64,000 nt of DNA from Rickettsia typhi (GTDB taxonomy: Bacteria > Pseudomonadota > Alphaproteobacteria > Rickettsiales > UBA1997): the NCBI GenBank assembly GCA_945862075.1, contig CAMAWV010000001.1, forward strand, positions 2,721 to 66,720, given 5' to 3'. Position 1 is the first letter of the stretch. Each line of letters begins with the position of its first letter. The notes below the pieces were generated by a model, which saw nothing but the letters and a program-made list of their open reading frames with translations, was not told where the DNA came from and did not search any database. Shown in pieces: positions 10,025 through 19,303 of the stretch. Position numbers and translations under genes: made by a program.

Positions 10025-10666
10025 CTATGTTAAATGATGATACTTCTGCGACGATTGACCTCCACCAAAACGACGAGCAACAAAACCTGTCGGACGAGTT
10101 GCAGGCACCAATCCTACCCACTCCTCTTCTTCTTGCTGTTCTGTTTTTAGCTGTGCGGTAAATAATCTCTGCCCTGCTTGCATCAATCTTGTTAACAATT
10201 TAGGCTTTTTAATATCAAAAGGAACAATGAATTCTTTCACTTTACTTGTCTTGCTTGCTTCTAAAATAGATGGCAAATCTGACGACTTTAATTCACTACA
10301 ACCTGTCAAATCCAATTTTTCTAGATCTGGAAATTGTGCTATTATTCCTGGTAATCTTTTAACAGAAAGCTTTGTATTTGTTAAAGATAATGATTTTAAA
10401 TTGTTAAATTTTGCTCCATTCCATTTCACATTATCAAGTTCTACATTTACAAGTTCTAATTTCTGTAGATTCGGAACTTGTTCTGCTATCTCTTTTAATA
10501 CTTGAGAAGTGTCATAAGTTTCTTGATTAACAGATGTTTCAAATTGCAATTTAACTAATTTATTTTCTGAGGATGCAGATTGAATGCTTGATATATCTTG
10601 CTCGGTTAATGTTTTGTTAATAAGAATAATTAATGCATTTTCTGATTCGCTAGAAGATGGTCTCAT
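10025..10666 (-). CDS. Leucine-rich repeat protein, CC-type/RNI-like repeats; candidate secreted effector
   Basis: 213-aa ORF with three consecutive ~24-25-aa LRRs: NLQKLELVNVELDNVKWNGAKF / NNLKSLSLTNTKLSVKRLPGIIAQF / PDLEKLDLTGCSELKSSDLPSILEA. No signal peptide is obvious. An acidic stretch (EQQEEEE) is followed by a basic Gly-rich C-terminus (RPTGFVARRFGGGQSSQKYHHLT). Confidence 0.6.
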   Translation of the reverse strand: MRPSSSESENALIILINKTLTEQDISSIQSASSENKLVKLQFETSVNQETYDTSQVLKEIAEQVPNLQKLELVNVELDNVKWNGAKFNNLKSLSLTNTKLSVKRLPGIIAQFPDLEKLDLTGCSELKSSDLPSILEASKTSKVKEFIVPFDIKKPKLLTRLMQAGQRLFTAQLKTEQQEEEEWVGLVPATRPTGFVARRFGGGQSSQKYHHLT

Positions 10667-10730
10667 ATTTGATAGTATTTAAATTTTAAAAATATTTGCT
10701 GTAAAGAAAAATGACACAATAAAAATTGAT

Positions 10731-11969
10731 TTAATTTTCTAAACCAAAAGCATCGTGTAAAATTCGCACTGCTAATTCACCATATTCTTTTGCTATTAAA
10801 ACCGAAATTTTAATTTCAGAAGTAGAAATTAGCAACAAATTTATCCCTTTATCTGCTAGTGTTTTAAACATAGTATAGGCAACACCAGAATGGCTAATCA
10901 TGCCAACACCAATTACCGAAATTTTAGCAATATTATCGTCTATTTTTAACTCGATAAAATTAACTTCGTTTTTAATATTAGCAATAGCTATTTTTGCCCT
11001 TTCTAGCTCATCTTTGCTAATAGTAAAAGTGATATCTATTTTTTTTCCATCGGCACTGATATTTTGCACAATCATATCAACATTAACACTTTGATTTGCT
11101 AATGCACCAAAAATAGTTGCCGATAAACCTGGATGATCTGGCATTTGTAAAAGAGTTACTCTAACATCGGTTTTACAGTAGCTAATGCCTGTAATTAATT
11201 GTTTTTCCATAATTTCTTGATTATTATTAACTAAAATTGTTCCTGAATTTTCATTAACTTCTTCAAAAGAAGAAAGTACTCTTACTTTAACGTTATGAGC
11301 CATTGCCATTGCTACCGAGCGAGTTTGTAAAACTTTTGAACCACTATATGCCATTTCAAGCATTTCTTCATAGGTTACTTTATTGAGTTTTTTTGCTTTA
11401 TCAGTGATTCGAGGATCAGTAGTGTAAACACCGTCAACATCAGTGTAAATATCGCAAATATCAGCATTTACTGCAGCTGCTATTGCCACCGCAGAAGTAT
11501 CGGAGCCTCCTCTACCAAGAGTGGTTATTTTATTAGAAGCAACATGCATGCCTTGAAAACCAGCTATTACAACTACCTGATATTGTTTTAAACTTTCTAA
11601 CAAAACAATACCATTTATTTCATCGATTCTAGCTTTACTATGCAAATTATCAGTGGTAAGGGGAATTTGCCAACCCAAGAAAGACCTAGCTTTATAACCC
11701 ATAGATTGAAGTTGTAGAGCCAACAAACCACAAGTAATTTGTTCGCCTGTTGCAACAATAGAATCGTATTCACTTAAAGCAGAATTATCAGTAAGATTAG
11801 AAACTTGATTGCAATAATCAACCAATTGATTAGTAACTCCAGACATTGCCGAAACCACAACAATTACTTGATTATTTTTTTTTAATTCAGCTTCAACTTT
11901 TTTGGCAACATTTTTGATTCGCTCGATATTGCCCACCGAAGTTCCGCCAAATTTCTGAACTACCAACAT
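10731..11969 (-). CDS. lysC: Aspartate kinase
   Basis: MLVVQKFGGTSVGNIERI, TLGRGGSDTSAVAIAAA and two C-terminal ACT-like regions; 412 aa. Confidence 0.95.
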   Translation of the reverse strand: MLVVQKFGGTSVGNIERIKNVAKKVEAELKKNNQVIVVVSAMSGVTNQLVDYCNQVSNLTDNSALSEYDSIVATGEQITCGLLALQLQSMGYKARSFLGWQIPLTTDNLHSKARIDEINGIVLLESLKQYQVVVIAGFQGMHVASNKITTLGRGGSDTSAVAIAAAVNADICDIYTDVDGVYTTDPRITDKAKKLNKVTYEEMLEMAYSGSKVLQTRSVAMAMAHNVKVRVLSSFEEVNENSGTILVNNNQEIMEKQLITGISYCKTDVRVTLLQMPDHPGLSATIFGALANQSVNVDMIVQNISADGKKIDITFTISKDELERAKIAIANIKNEVNFIELKIDDNIAKISVIGVGMISHSGVAYTMFKTLADKGINLLLISTSEIKISVLIAKEYGELAVRILHDAFGLEN

Positions 11970-12335
11970 AAAAATAAAATCATAAGTTTAAAATAAATTT
12001 GGTCAAAAATTTTAAACTCAACTTTCTTAAATACAAGTGCATTTTTAAAAAATTGCACTCTTGTTTAATTAATTATCAAAAGATAAAATTTTAGCAGTAA
12101 ATATTTTATCAAATAACTTAATAATCAATTATATATAAAAACCCCTTAAGTAGCAAAAGATATTGCCTATTGAGTATAGAATATGGAATAGAAAAATATT
12201 TTATTAACGAAAATACAAAATCCCCAAAAATATCTGATAAAGTTGAGGTTGTTTTGATTGTAGGAGAAGGTTTAAAGCCAAGAATTAAAAATTTGATAGT
12301 TAACAATTATAGAGTTTCAGCCATAGTCTTGTTTT

Positions 12336-12499
12336 TATACCAATTACCATTTTTAAATAATCAAATAACAAAATAGTTTTAAGTTAAAATTTAGCTTTAA
12401 AACCAAGGGTTTATCTAGATAAATCAAGGTTTTAAATTAAAAATTAAAATTAATAAATTATGAAGTTATTTTGATTATTTAAAGACGGGAATTGGTATA
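12336..12499. repeat. Imperfect 30-bp inverted repeat (27/30 complementary) flanking a 104-bp spacer, in a long divergent intergenic region
   Basis: The left arm is 12336-12365 (tataccaattaccatttttaaataatcaaa). The right arm is 12470-12499 (tttgattatttaaagacgggaattggtata). The right arm matches the reverse complement of the left at 27 of 30 positions. Confidence 0.5.
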
Positions 12500-12614
12500 A
12501 TAGTTAGCCATCTATTTCCTTCTAGTAAAGACTATAAAATATAAAAAAACTTTTGCTAATTAAAAAAAGTAGCTTAAAATATTGCCTTTGTTTGTTAAAA
12601 TTTAGTTCAAAAAT

Positions 12615-13499
12615 ATGCAACACATTCCTTTTGATAAAAGATCTGGCACCATTTGGTATAACGGAGAGTTTCTTGATTGGCAAAATGCCAAGGTTCACAT
12701 TTTAAATCACGGCTTGCACTATGCTTCTTGTGTTTTTGAGGGCGAGCGAATTTACAACAAAAAAATTTTTAAAAGCCAAGAGCATTCGCAAAGGCTTCAT
12801 AAATCTGCCGAAACTATGGATTTTACCATACCCTACAGTGTAGAAGATCTAGAAAAAATCAAACTACAACTTGTAGAAAAACAAGATATCACCAACGGTT
12901 ACATGAGGGCTTTTGCTTGGCGAGGCTCCGAAAAAATGGCAATTTCTGCCCAGCATAACACCATACACACTGCTATTGCCTGCTGGCACTTTGATACTTA
13001 TTATTCTGCCGATAATATCGCCACTGGCTTAAAGCTTGCTTTTGCCAAATATCGTAGACCAAGCCCAGATTCTGCCCCAGTTTCTGCTAAAGCGGCGGGG
13101 CTTTACATGATTTGCACTATCTCTAAACATACCGCCGAAAAAGATGGTTACCACGATGCTATTATGCTTGATTACCGCGGTTATTTAGCCGAAGCAACAG
13201 GAGCAAATTTATTTTTGGTAAGCAAAAATAATGAGCTACACACCCCCACCCCCGATTGTTTTTTAAATGGCATTACAAGACAAACCGTTATTGAATTAGC
13301 TTTGCAAAAAGGTATAAAAGTTGTTGAAAAACACATTTTACCAAGCGATCTCATTAATTACCAAGATGCTTTTCTTACAGGTAGTGCAGCTGAAATCACC
13401 CGAATTGGCTCTATTGATAACTTTATTTTTAGTAAGCCAAGCCAAATAACTCTCGATCTTGTTTCTAGTTATCACAATTTAGTAAGAGGAATTGCCTAA
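12615..13499 (+). CDS. ilvE: Branched-chain amino acid aminotransferase
   Basis: HGLHYASCVFEGERIY, the class IV aminotransferase pattern LAEATGANLFLV and TGSAAEITRIGSID; 294 aa. Confidence 0.9.
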   Translation: MQHIPFDKRSGTIWYNGEFLDWQNAKVHILNHGLHYASCVFEGERIYNKKIFKSQEHSQRLHKSAETMDFTIPYSVEDLEKIKLQLVEKQDITNGYMRAFAWRGSEKMAISAQHNTIHTAIACWHFDTYYSADNIATGLKLAFAKYRRPSPDSAPVSAKAAGLYMICTISKHTAEKDGYHDAIMLDYRGYLAEATGANLFLVSKNNELHTPTPDCFLNGITRQTVIELALQKGIKVVEKHILPSDLINYQDAFLTGSAAEITRIGSIDNFIFSKPSQITLDLVSSYHNLVRGIA

Positions 13500-13504
13500 A
13501 AATT

Positions 13505-14062
13505 ATGCTTTGGTTAAAGTTTGGTTTTTTAATTTTATTATTTTTTGCAAGCAAGGTTTTTGCCAACGAAAATAACCATGAAATACAACAAATATCAGGT
13601 AAAGCTTTTGTTTTAGATGGCGATTCTTTGGTTATTAAAAAAATCAAAATTCGGCTAAATGGCATTGATGCTCCCGAATTTACTCAAGAATGTTTAAATG
13701 GCAAATCACAACAATATCAATGCGGTTTAGCAAGTAAAAATTTTTTGATAAACCTAGTCAAAAACCAAGAGGTAGTTTGCCATTATCAAAAACTCGATAT
13801 TTATAATCGTATTTTAGGCGATTGCTATATCGATAAACTCAACATTAATCATCACTTATTAACTCATGGCATGGCAATTATCTATGATTTTAATTATGCT
13901 AACGAACAAGAAATAAAACTAGAACAAAGCGCTAAAGAGCAACAAAAAGGCATTTGGCAAGGCGCTTTTCAATTACCAAAAACTTATCGCAAACACAATA
14001 AAAAATATGATAAACGAAAAAACCATACCACTGGGCAAGAAAACCAAGTATCAGTTAATTAA
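13505..14062 (+). CDS. Secreted thermonuclease (staphylococcal nuclease/SNase-like) family protein
   Basis: Signal peptide [20 protein letters not shown] followed by an SNase fold signature VLDGDSLVI...[11 protein letters not shown]...NRILGDCY. The 3' end overlaps queF by 56 nt. Confidence 0.78.
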   Translation: MLWLKFGFLILLFFASKVFANENNHEIQQISGKAFVLDGDSLVIKKIKIRLNGIDAPEFTQECLNGKSQQYQCGLASKNFLINLVKNQEVVCHYQKLDIYNRILGDCYIDKLNINHHLLTHGMAIIYDFNYANEQEIKLEQSAKEQQKGIWQGAFQLPKTYRKHNKKYDKRKNHTTGQENQVSVN

Positions 14063-14465
14063 GCCAGATAAAAACTTGCTTTTTGCTATTGATAATCCTC
14101 ATACCGATGTTAATTATAGCATTAGGTTCACTTGTCCAGAGTTCACCTCGCTATGCCCCATAACTTCTCAACCAGATTTTGCTCATTTGGTGCTTGATTA
14201 TGTGCCTAATAATTTTATTATTGAAAGTAAATCATTAAAAATGTATTTGTTTTCTTATCGTAATCACGGATCTTTTCACGAAAGTTGCACAGTGCAAATT
14301 GCCAAAGATTTACTCGCTATTTTACAACCAAAATGGCTAAGATTTTCTGGTTATTGGTTTCCTAGGGGGGGCATTCCGATTGATGTTTTTTTTCAGAATG
14401 GCGAGTTACCAAAAGGGGTATTTGTCAAAAAACAACCTTCCTATCAATATTTGGCTAGAATTTAA
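14007..14465 (+). CDS. queF: NADPH-dependent 7-cyano-7-deazaguanine reductase (type I QueF)
   Basis: [19 protein letters not shown] (catalytic Cys motif) and [20 protein letters not shown] (QueF motif). The N-terminal [10 protein letters not shown] aligns with the usual QueF N-terminus, which supports the ATG at 14007. Confidence 0.9.
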   Translation: MINEKTIPLGKKTKYQLIKPDKNLLFAIDNPHTDVNYSIRFTCPEFTSLCPITSQPDFAHLVLDYVPNNFIIESKSLKMYLFSYRNHGSFHESCTVQIAKDLLAILQPKWLRFSGYWFPRGGIPIDVFFQNGELPKGVFVKKQPSYQYLARI

Positions 14466-14587
14466 CTGTTTTTAAATGCAATATCAATTTTATTAAAATT
14501 GATATAATTTTATCTTGCAAAAAAAATAAATTACTGCTAAAATTATTATTGATTAACTTTTATTTTTAATTTTTTAAAAAATCTACT

Positions 14588-15226
14588 ATGAAAAAAATAA
14601 TTTTTACAATTTTAACATCGGCACTTCTTTTTTCTGCTTGTGCCACTAAAACAGAAATGAAAAAAGAAGCAGGTAAACAACTAAAAGATTTGCCAGAATG
14701 GGTTTTAAACCCTAACTCCGAGGTTAAAGAAGGTGTTGCAGGCGTTGGTATTGCGGGCCCTTCACGCGGTGGCATTACTGTGCAAATTCCAAAAGCCGAG
14801 CTAGATGCTAAAGCTAATATTGCCTCTACCATTCAATCTGAAATTTCTAGAGTAACTAAAAATGCTCTTCGTTCTGCCAAAGTAAATGATAACGACGATG
14901 TTGAAGAGTTTTTTGCTCAAGCTAGCAAAGAGGTGGTAAAAAATCTACCAATGTCTGGAGCTAAACGCGATAAAATCTTTAAAGCCGAAGATGATACTCT
15001 TTACATCAGAATGATTCTTGGCACAGAAGATTATAGCAAATTCTTAAAAAATAGCCAAAAAGAATTTGAAGACAAGCTCGCCAAATCTAACTTGAGCCGA
15101 AATAATATCACTAAATCTCAAGAAGCTACAAAAGATCTTTTTGATGAACTCGAAAAAGAAAGAAAAAACGAAGCAAAAACCGAAACAAAAGTTTCTACAA
15201 AAGAAGAGACTACTAAAAAAGAATAA
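14588..15226 (+). CDS. LPP20-family outer-membrane lipoprotein
   Basis: Lipobox LLFSAC. LPEWVLNP...GVAGVGIAGPSRGG...AELDAKANIASTIQSEI is the LPP20-like domain pattern. The C-terminal tail is K/E-rich. Confidence 0.72.
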   Translation: MKKIIFTILTSALLFSACATKTEMKKEAGKQLKDLPEWVLNPNSEVKEGVAGVGIAGPSRGGITVQIPKAELDAKANIASTIQSEISRVTKNALRSAKVNDNDDVEEFFAQASKEVVKNLPMSGAKRDKIFKAEDDTLYIRMILGTEDYSKFLKNSQKEFEDKLAKSNLSRNNITKSQEATKDLFDELEKERKNEAKTETKVSTKEETTKKE

Positions 15227-15240
15227 ATTTTTTATTTCAA

Positions 15241-15268
15241 CAAGGGGTTAAAAAAACCCCTTGTTTCA
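15241..15268 (+). terminator. Rho-independent terminator candidate after the LPP20 gene
   Basis: A perfect 9-bp GC-containing stem, caaggggtt (15241-15249) pairing with aaccccttg (15255-15263), has a 5-nt A loop and is followed by tttc. Confidence 0.55.
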
Positions 15269-15315
15269 AATTGTAAAGCGGTTAAAACCCCTTATTTTAA
15301 TTTTATATATTTTTT

Positions 15316-15477
15316 ATGAAAATAGTTAAATCAATTTCTTTATTGTTTGTTTTATTGTTTTGCAGTTGTGCTAAAATTTTAACCGATGCCGAAAAAACCG
15401 CAAAAAATTCTTCTGCTTCTAGTCGAATTAATAATTCGCAATCTAGTTCTAATAATACTCTTAAAGACCTTGATTAA
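15316..15477 (+). CDS. Small (53 aa) putative lipoprotein
   Basis: Not in the ORF track (<60 aa). MKIVKSISLLFVLLFCSCAKILTD... carries a signal peptide plus lipobox (LFCSC) and a Ser/Asn-rich tail. It ends 8 nt before the next gene. Confidence 0.42.
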   Translation: MKIVKSISLLFVLLFCSCAKILTDAEKTAKNSSASSRINNSQSSSNNTLKDLD

Positions 15478-15485
15478 CAATAAAA

Positions 15486-16460
15486 ATGAAAATAATTAAA
15501 TATCTTTTAATCTTTTTATTGTTACCAACTATTCTTTTAGCAAAAGAATCAACCCCCAAATGGTTTGCCAGCCCAAAACAAAACGATTCCCAAAATCTTT
15601 ATGGCACCGCCTCTGCTAGCACTTTGGAAGAAGCTACCAAATATGCTCTTGCCGATTTGGCATCGAGGCTGATAGTTTCTATTTCAAGCGAATCGCAATT
15701 AACTAGAGAAGAAAATCAACAAAGTTTCAACGAAGAAATGAAACAAAAAGTTCAACAATCTATCGAACAAATTAGTTTTAGCAATTATCAAGTTACTAGA
15801 AGCACAGAAGAAAATCAAAAGTTTTTTGTAGAAGTCTCGGTTGAAAAAGATCCTTTCGTTGCCGAACAACAAGATAGAGTGCATTTTTTGCAAAAAAAAA
15901 TAACCGATCTTGATAATTTACTTCCTTCTGCTAATTTTTTACAAAAACACATCACCTTAAATAAAATAATCCCTTTGGTGCAAGAGCTTGAGCTAAAAAC
16001 TAGAATTATTAATGGAGCTGGAGTACAAGCTAATTTGGCAAGTGTTTTAGATATGCTTGCCAAATATCAAAATGAGTTAAATCAATCAACACTTTCTGCC
16101 GAATTTTACTTCGAGAAATCATCAGATACCAAGCTTGTTAATGTTATCAAACCTTTTTTAAATAAAGATGGTTTTACTATTGGCAATACCGAAAACAACA
16201 CTAGTCCAAAACAAGTAAAACTTATTGCTAAATATAATTCTAGCTACAATTTTCTTTATAATACTCACATAGTTAAAGTAAAAATTAGTTTTGAAAATAT
16301 GGTACAAAACAAAACCATTGCGAGCAACTCCTTTGAAATTACTGGAAATTCGGCAATTAGCCAAGAAGAGGCCATCAATGCTGCCTTACAATCTTTCAAA
16401 CAACAAATCGAAAAAAACGGTATTTTAAACACTCTGGGAATCATTAACAACAAAAATTAA
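15486..16460 (+). CDS. Exported LPP20-like domain protein
   Basis: Signal peptide MKIIKYLLIFLLLPTILLA followed by PKWFASP...LYGTASASTLEEATKYALADLASRLIVSISSES. This parallels the LPP20-like domain of the upstream gene. 324 aa. Confidence 0.5.
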   Translation: MKIIKYLLIFLLLPTILLAKESTPKWFASPKQNDSQNLYGTASASTLEEATKYALADLASRLIVSISSESQLTREENQQSFNEEMKQKVQQSIEQISFSNYQVTRSTEENQKFFVEVSVEKDPFVAEQQDRVHFLQKKITDLDNLLPSANFLQKHITLNKIIPLVQELELKTRIINGAGVQANLASVLDMLAKYQNELNQSTLSAEFYFEKSSDTKLVNVIKPFLNKDGFTIGNTENNTSPKQVKLIAKYNSSYNFLYNTHIVKVKISFENMVQNKTIASNSFEITGNSAISQEEAINAALQSFKQQIEKNGILNTLGIINNKN

Positions 16461-16472
16461 TACCATCTCATT

Positions 16473-17063
16473 ATGAACAAATTATTGAGTGGCTTAAAGC
16501 TGATTATTGTTATGCAATTATTTATTTCTTTAACTGGGTGCACTAGCGTTAAAACTATGATAAATACTTATTATCATGACAATTTTAAGTTTAAAAAAAA
16601 GAAATGGATGATGCTTTAAAAATATGCTGGTATATTAGTAAAGAATATTCTTATAAAGGAGAATTTTATTCTGCGGTAAAAGGTTTATATGGTGAAAAAG
16701 AATTTTTTTTTGCTCAAGAAGTATTTTGGCAAAAATATCACAAGAAAAAAATAAATTCTAACGAGATTTGGTATCGGTATAGCCAAGAACACATCATTCC
16801 TTTTTGGAGAAGCGAGTTATGTAAAAATATATATATATACAACTATTGGCATAATTACTGCAATACCCACTTTTGGTCTTTTTTCTGAACTCTTTTTTTT
16901 CCCAGATGCAAATAAAGATCTTGAATATTCTTCATCTTCTGTTTTTTATGAAAATTTTTGTTCTAAACCATCTTATAAAAAAGCAATATTTTATTGCGAC
17001 ACTCAATATGAAAAATATATAAAAACCATGCAAGAATATAAAAATAAAGAGCTTTATATTTAA
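16473..17063 (+). pseudogene. Lipoprotein gene broken into three same-strand fragments by frameshifts at homopolymer runs (pseudogene, slippage-prone gene or assembly error)
   Basis: Fragment 1 (16473-16619) is MNKLLSGLKLIIVMQLFISLTGC... with a lipobox, and stops just after the A8 run at 16593-16600. Adding one A joins it in frame to ORF 16604-16888. That ORF ends inside T-runs (16877-16900). The +1 frame is open across that point and continues to the TAA at 17061-17063 (...PDANKDLEYSSSSVFYENFCSKPSYKKAIFYCDTQYEKYIKTMQEYKNKELYI). Confidence 0.4.
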
Positions 17064-17341
17064 CATATTAGCCTAAAAATAGTAATAAATTATGCTTTCT
17101 GCATTAGTGTAACTAAATTTATTATCCAAAAATGGCACATAAAGTCCGATATAATTTAAAATGCAACCCCCTTTTATAATCTACTCTCAAATACCCCTTC
17201 ATACTTTCAGTATTTTGGTGTAAATTTAGCTTGCATTTAAAATAAGATTGGTTTATATTTGGCAACGATAAATTAAAAAACAGTGCTTTAAATACTAATT
17301 TTCAATATTTTTGGCATAATCAATAACAAATAAAAGACAAA

Positions 17342-18391
17342 ATGAAAAAACTTATCTTTCTTCTAATTTTTACTCTATCAGCATCTTGCACTCCTACTAT
17401 TAAAAATTTTGATAAATACCAAAAACAATTTGCTAGCAAAAGCTCTTTTATGCCTACAGAAGAACAACTCGATAAAAAAACTGTGAAAGTTGCTGTTTTT
17501 GATTTTGACGAAAAAGATATTGAACTAGCTAAACAAGCTAATTTAGGCAAATCTTTGGCAGGTGAGCTAGAAACCTTTTTAGCAAAAAACAAACTTGCCG
17601 AGCTTGTCGATCGTAGTGCCAGCTCTAAATTACAACAAGAAATACAATTAGCCGAAATGAACAAAACTGGTGCTTATGCAGGGCCAAAAGTTGCCGATTA
17701 TGCAGTTTCTGGCATCATTACTAATGCCGATTTTAATAGCAAATATGTTGAAGGCAGTGTTTATATTAATCCTAAAAATGGCAATACCATAACCATTCCT
17801 CCTAAATTTGTTTATAAAGCTTCAGTAAGTGGCAATATTAAAGTTTATGAACTACCTTCTCTTGATATAGTTAATACAATCGAGCTTTCTGGCTTAGCAA
17901 CACGCAGTGAAAATGTGCAAAATAACGGCGGTTTAAGTATAGGTGGCATTCGAATTGGTGGCGAAAATGCCGAAGGTGTTAAGAGAGATGATGGTTTAGT
18001 AAGAAAAGCAGTGAGTGATGCTATATCTTTTTCCGAAGCTAATATTTTAAATGCTTTTGCAAAAAGAGGTTATATTTTAGAAAAACGAACTCTCAACAAA
18101 GAAACTATTTTTAAAGTTAATCTTGGCCTTGAAGACGGCTTAAAACATGGTGATAAATTTGATGTTTTGGGTCAATATGAAATCGAAAATCCTATCACAG
18201 GAAAAGCTGAAATCGAAAAAAAAATTATTGCTGGTGGTACAATTTCACAAATAATCGATCCTAAAACTTGCTGGATTATTATTTCTGATAGCAAACAAGC
18301 TTCTGCCATAAGAATTGGCGATGCGGTAAAACTAAAATATAAAGCTAGCTCTATTAAATCTATCGATCGTATTGCAAAACAAATAATGTAA
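17342..18391 (+). CDS. CsgG/HfaB-family outer-membrane lipoprotein with a C-terminal extension
   Basis: Lipobox TLSASC. KVAVFDFDEK...LGKSLAGELETFLAKNKLAELVDRS...LQQEIQL and ADYAVSGIITNADF match the CsgG-family N-terminal pattern. 349 aa. Confidence 0.68.
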   Translation: MKKLIFLLIFTLSASCTPTIKNFDKYQKQFASKSSFMPTEEQLDKKTVKVAVFDFDEKDIELAKQANLGKSLAGELETFLAKNKLAELVDRSASSKLQQEIQLAEMNKTGAYAGPKVADYAVSGIITNADFNSKYVEGSVYINPKNGNTITIPPKFVYKASVSGNIKVYELPSLDIVNTIELSGLATRSENVQNNGGLSIGGIRIGGENAEGVKRDDGLVRKAVSDAISFSEANILNAFAKRGYILEKRTLNKETIFKVNLGLEDGLKHGDKFDVLGQYEIENPITGKAEIEKKIIAGGTISQIIDPKTCWIIISDSKQASAIRIGDAVKLKYKASSIKSIDRIAKQIM

Positions 18392-18424
18392 TGTTATTTC
18401 CAAAAATAAAAAAATTGTAGCCAA

Positions 18425-19249
18425 TTGAATAGTAAAAAAATTAATTTACACTTAATATCTGATTCCACTGGTGAAACTTTGGGTTCAATTGCTAGAGCAG
18501 TATTATCGCAGTTTGAAAATGTTGAAACTACCGATTTTATTTGGTCTCTTATCAGAACCAAAGCCCAGCTTGATAAAGTATTAGAAGCTATTTCGCAATA
18601 TCCAGGCATTGTGCTTTACACTATTATGCAAGACGAATTTGTTGAGCAATTACGAAAAAAGTGTCATCAGTTGCAATTGCCTTGCATTCCAGTTTTATCG
18701 CACATTATTGCAGAGTTTTCAAAATATTTAAACATGAATATCACTCATGCTGTAGGTAGGCAACATTTACTTGATCAGCAATATTTTTCGAGAGTTGATG
18801 CAATTAGCTATACTTTAACTCACGATGATGGGCAAGCTTCTTTTGATTATTATGAAGCCGATATTATTATTATTGGGGTTTCACGCACTTCTAAATCGCC
18901 TACCTCTATTTATTTATCTTTACGAGGCTATAAAGTTGCCAACATACCATTTGTAAGCATACAAACCATTCCAGCAACAATTTATGAATTAAAAAAACCA
19001 CTTATTGTAGGGTTGGTAATTAATCCAGAAAAATTAGTCAATATTCGGCAAACCAGATTAAATTATATTGGCGAAAACAATATTTGCGACTATACCAACA
19101 TTGAAAATATAAAGAATGAAATTGCCGAATCAAAAAAGCTTTTTGGCAAATTGCAATGCAATGTAATTGATGTTACCAAAAAATCTGTTGAAGAAACTTC
19201 AGCAAAAATCATCCAGCTTTTACAAGATAAAAAGTTAGAAAAAAAATAA
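18425..19249 (+). CDS. ppsR: Pyruvate, phosphate dikinase / PEP synthase regulatory protein (bifunctional kinase-pyrophosphorylase, DUF299)
   Basis: HLISDSTGETL near the N-terminus and the P-loop IIGVSRTSKSPTSIYL. 274 aa with a TTG start. Confidence 0.88.
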   Translation: MNSKKINLHLISDSTGETLGSIARAVLSQFENVETTDFIWSLIRTKAQLDKVLEAISQYPGIVLYTIMQDEFVEQLRKKCHQLQLPCIPVLSHIIAEFSKYLNMNITHAVGRQHLLDQQYFSRVDAISYTLTHDDGQASFDYYEADIIIIGVSRTSKSPTSIYLSLRGYKVANIPFVSIQTIPATIYELKKPLIVGLVINPEKLVNIRQTRLNYIGENNICDYTNIENIKNEIAESKKLFGKLQCNVIDVTKKSVEETSAKIIQLLQDKKLEKK

Positions 19250-19303
19250 AAATAATGTTGCTCTACCTATTATTTCTATTTGTTAAGATACAAAATATAG
19301 CAA

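Noticed and set aside
12118-12376. ORFs 12118-12306 (-) and 12170-12376 (+) in the lysC-ilvE spacer.
   Set aside because: They are mutually overlapping and low-complexity. I recognise no motifs, no export signal and no RBS-like context. They are treated as non-coding, or at most gene remnants.
12362-12380. Exact 19-nt match caaataacaaaatagtttt shared between 12362-12380 and 34049-34067, a possible dispersed repeat.
   Set aside because: In a 64-kb window this AT-rich, one or more exact 19-mers of A/T-rich sequence are expected by chance. The flanks do not extend the similarity.
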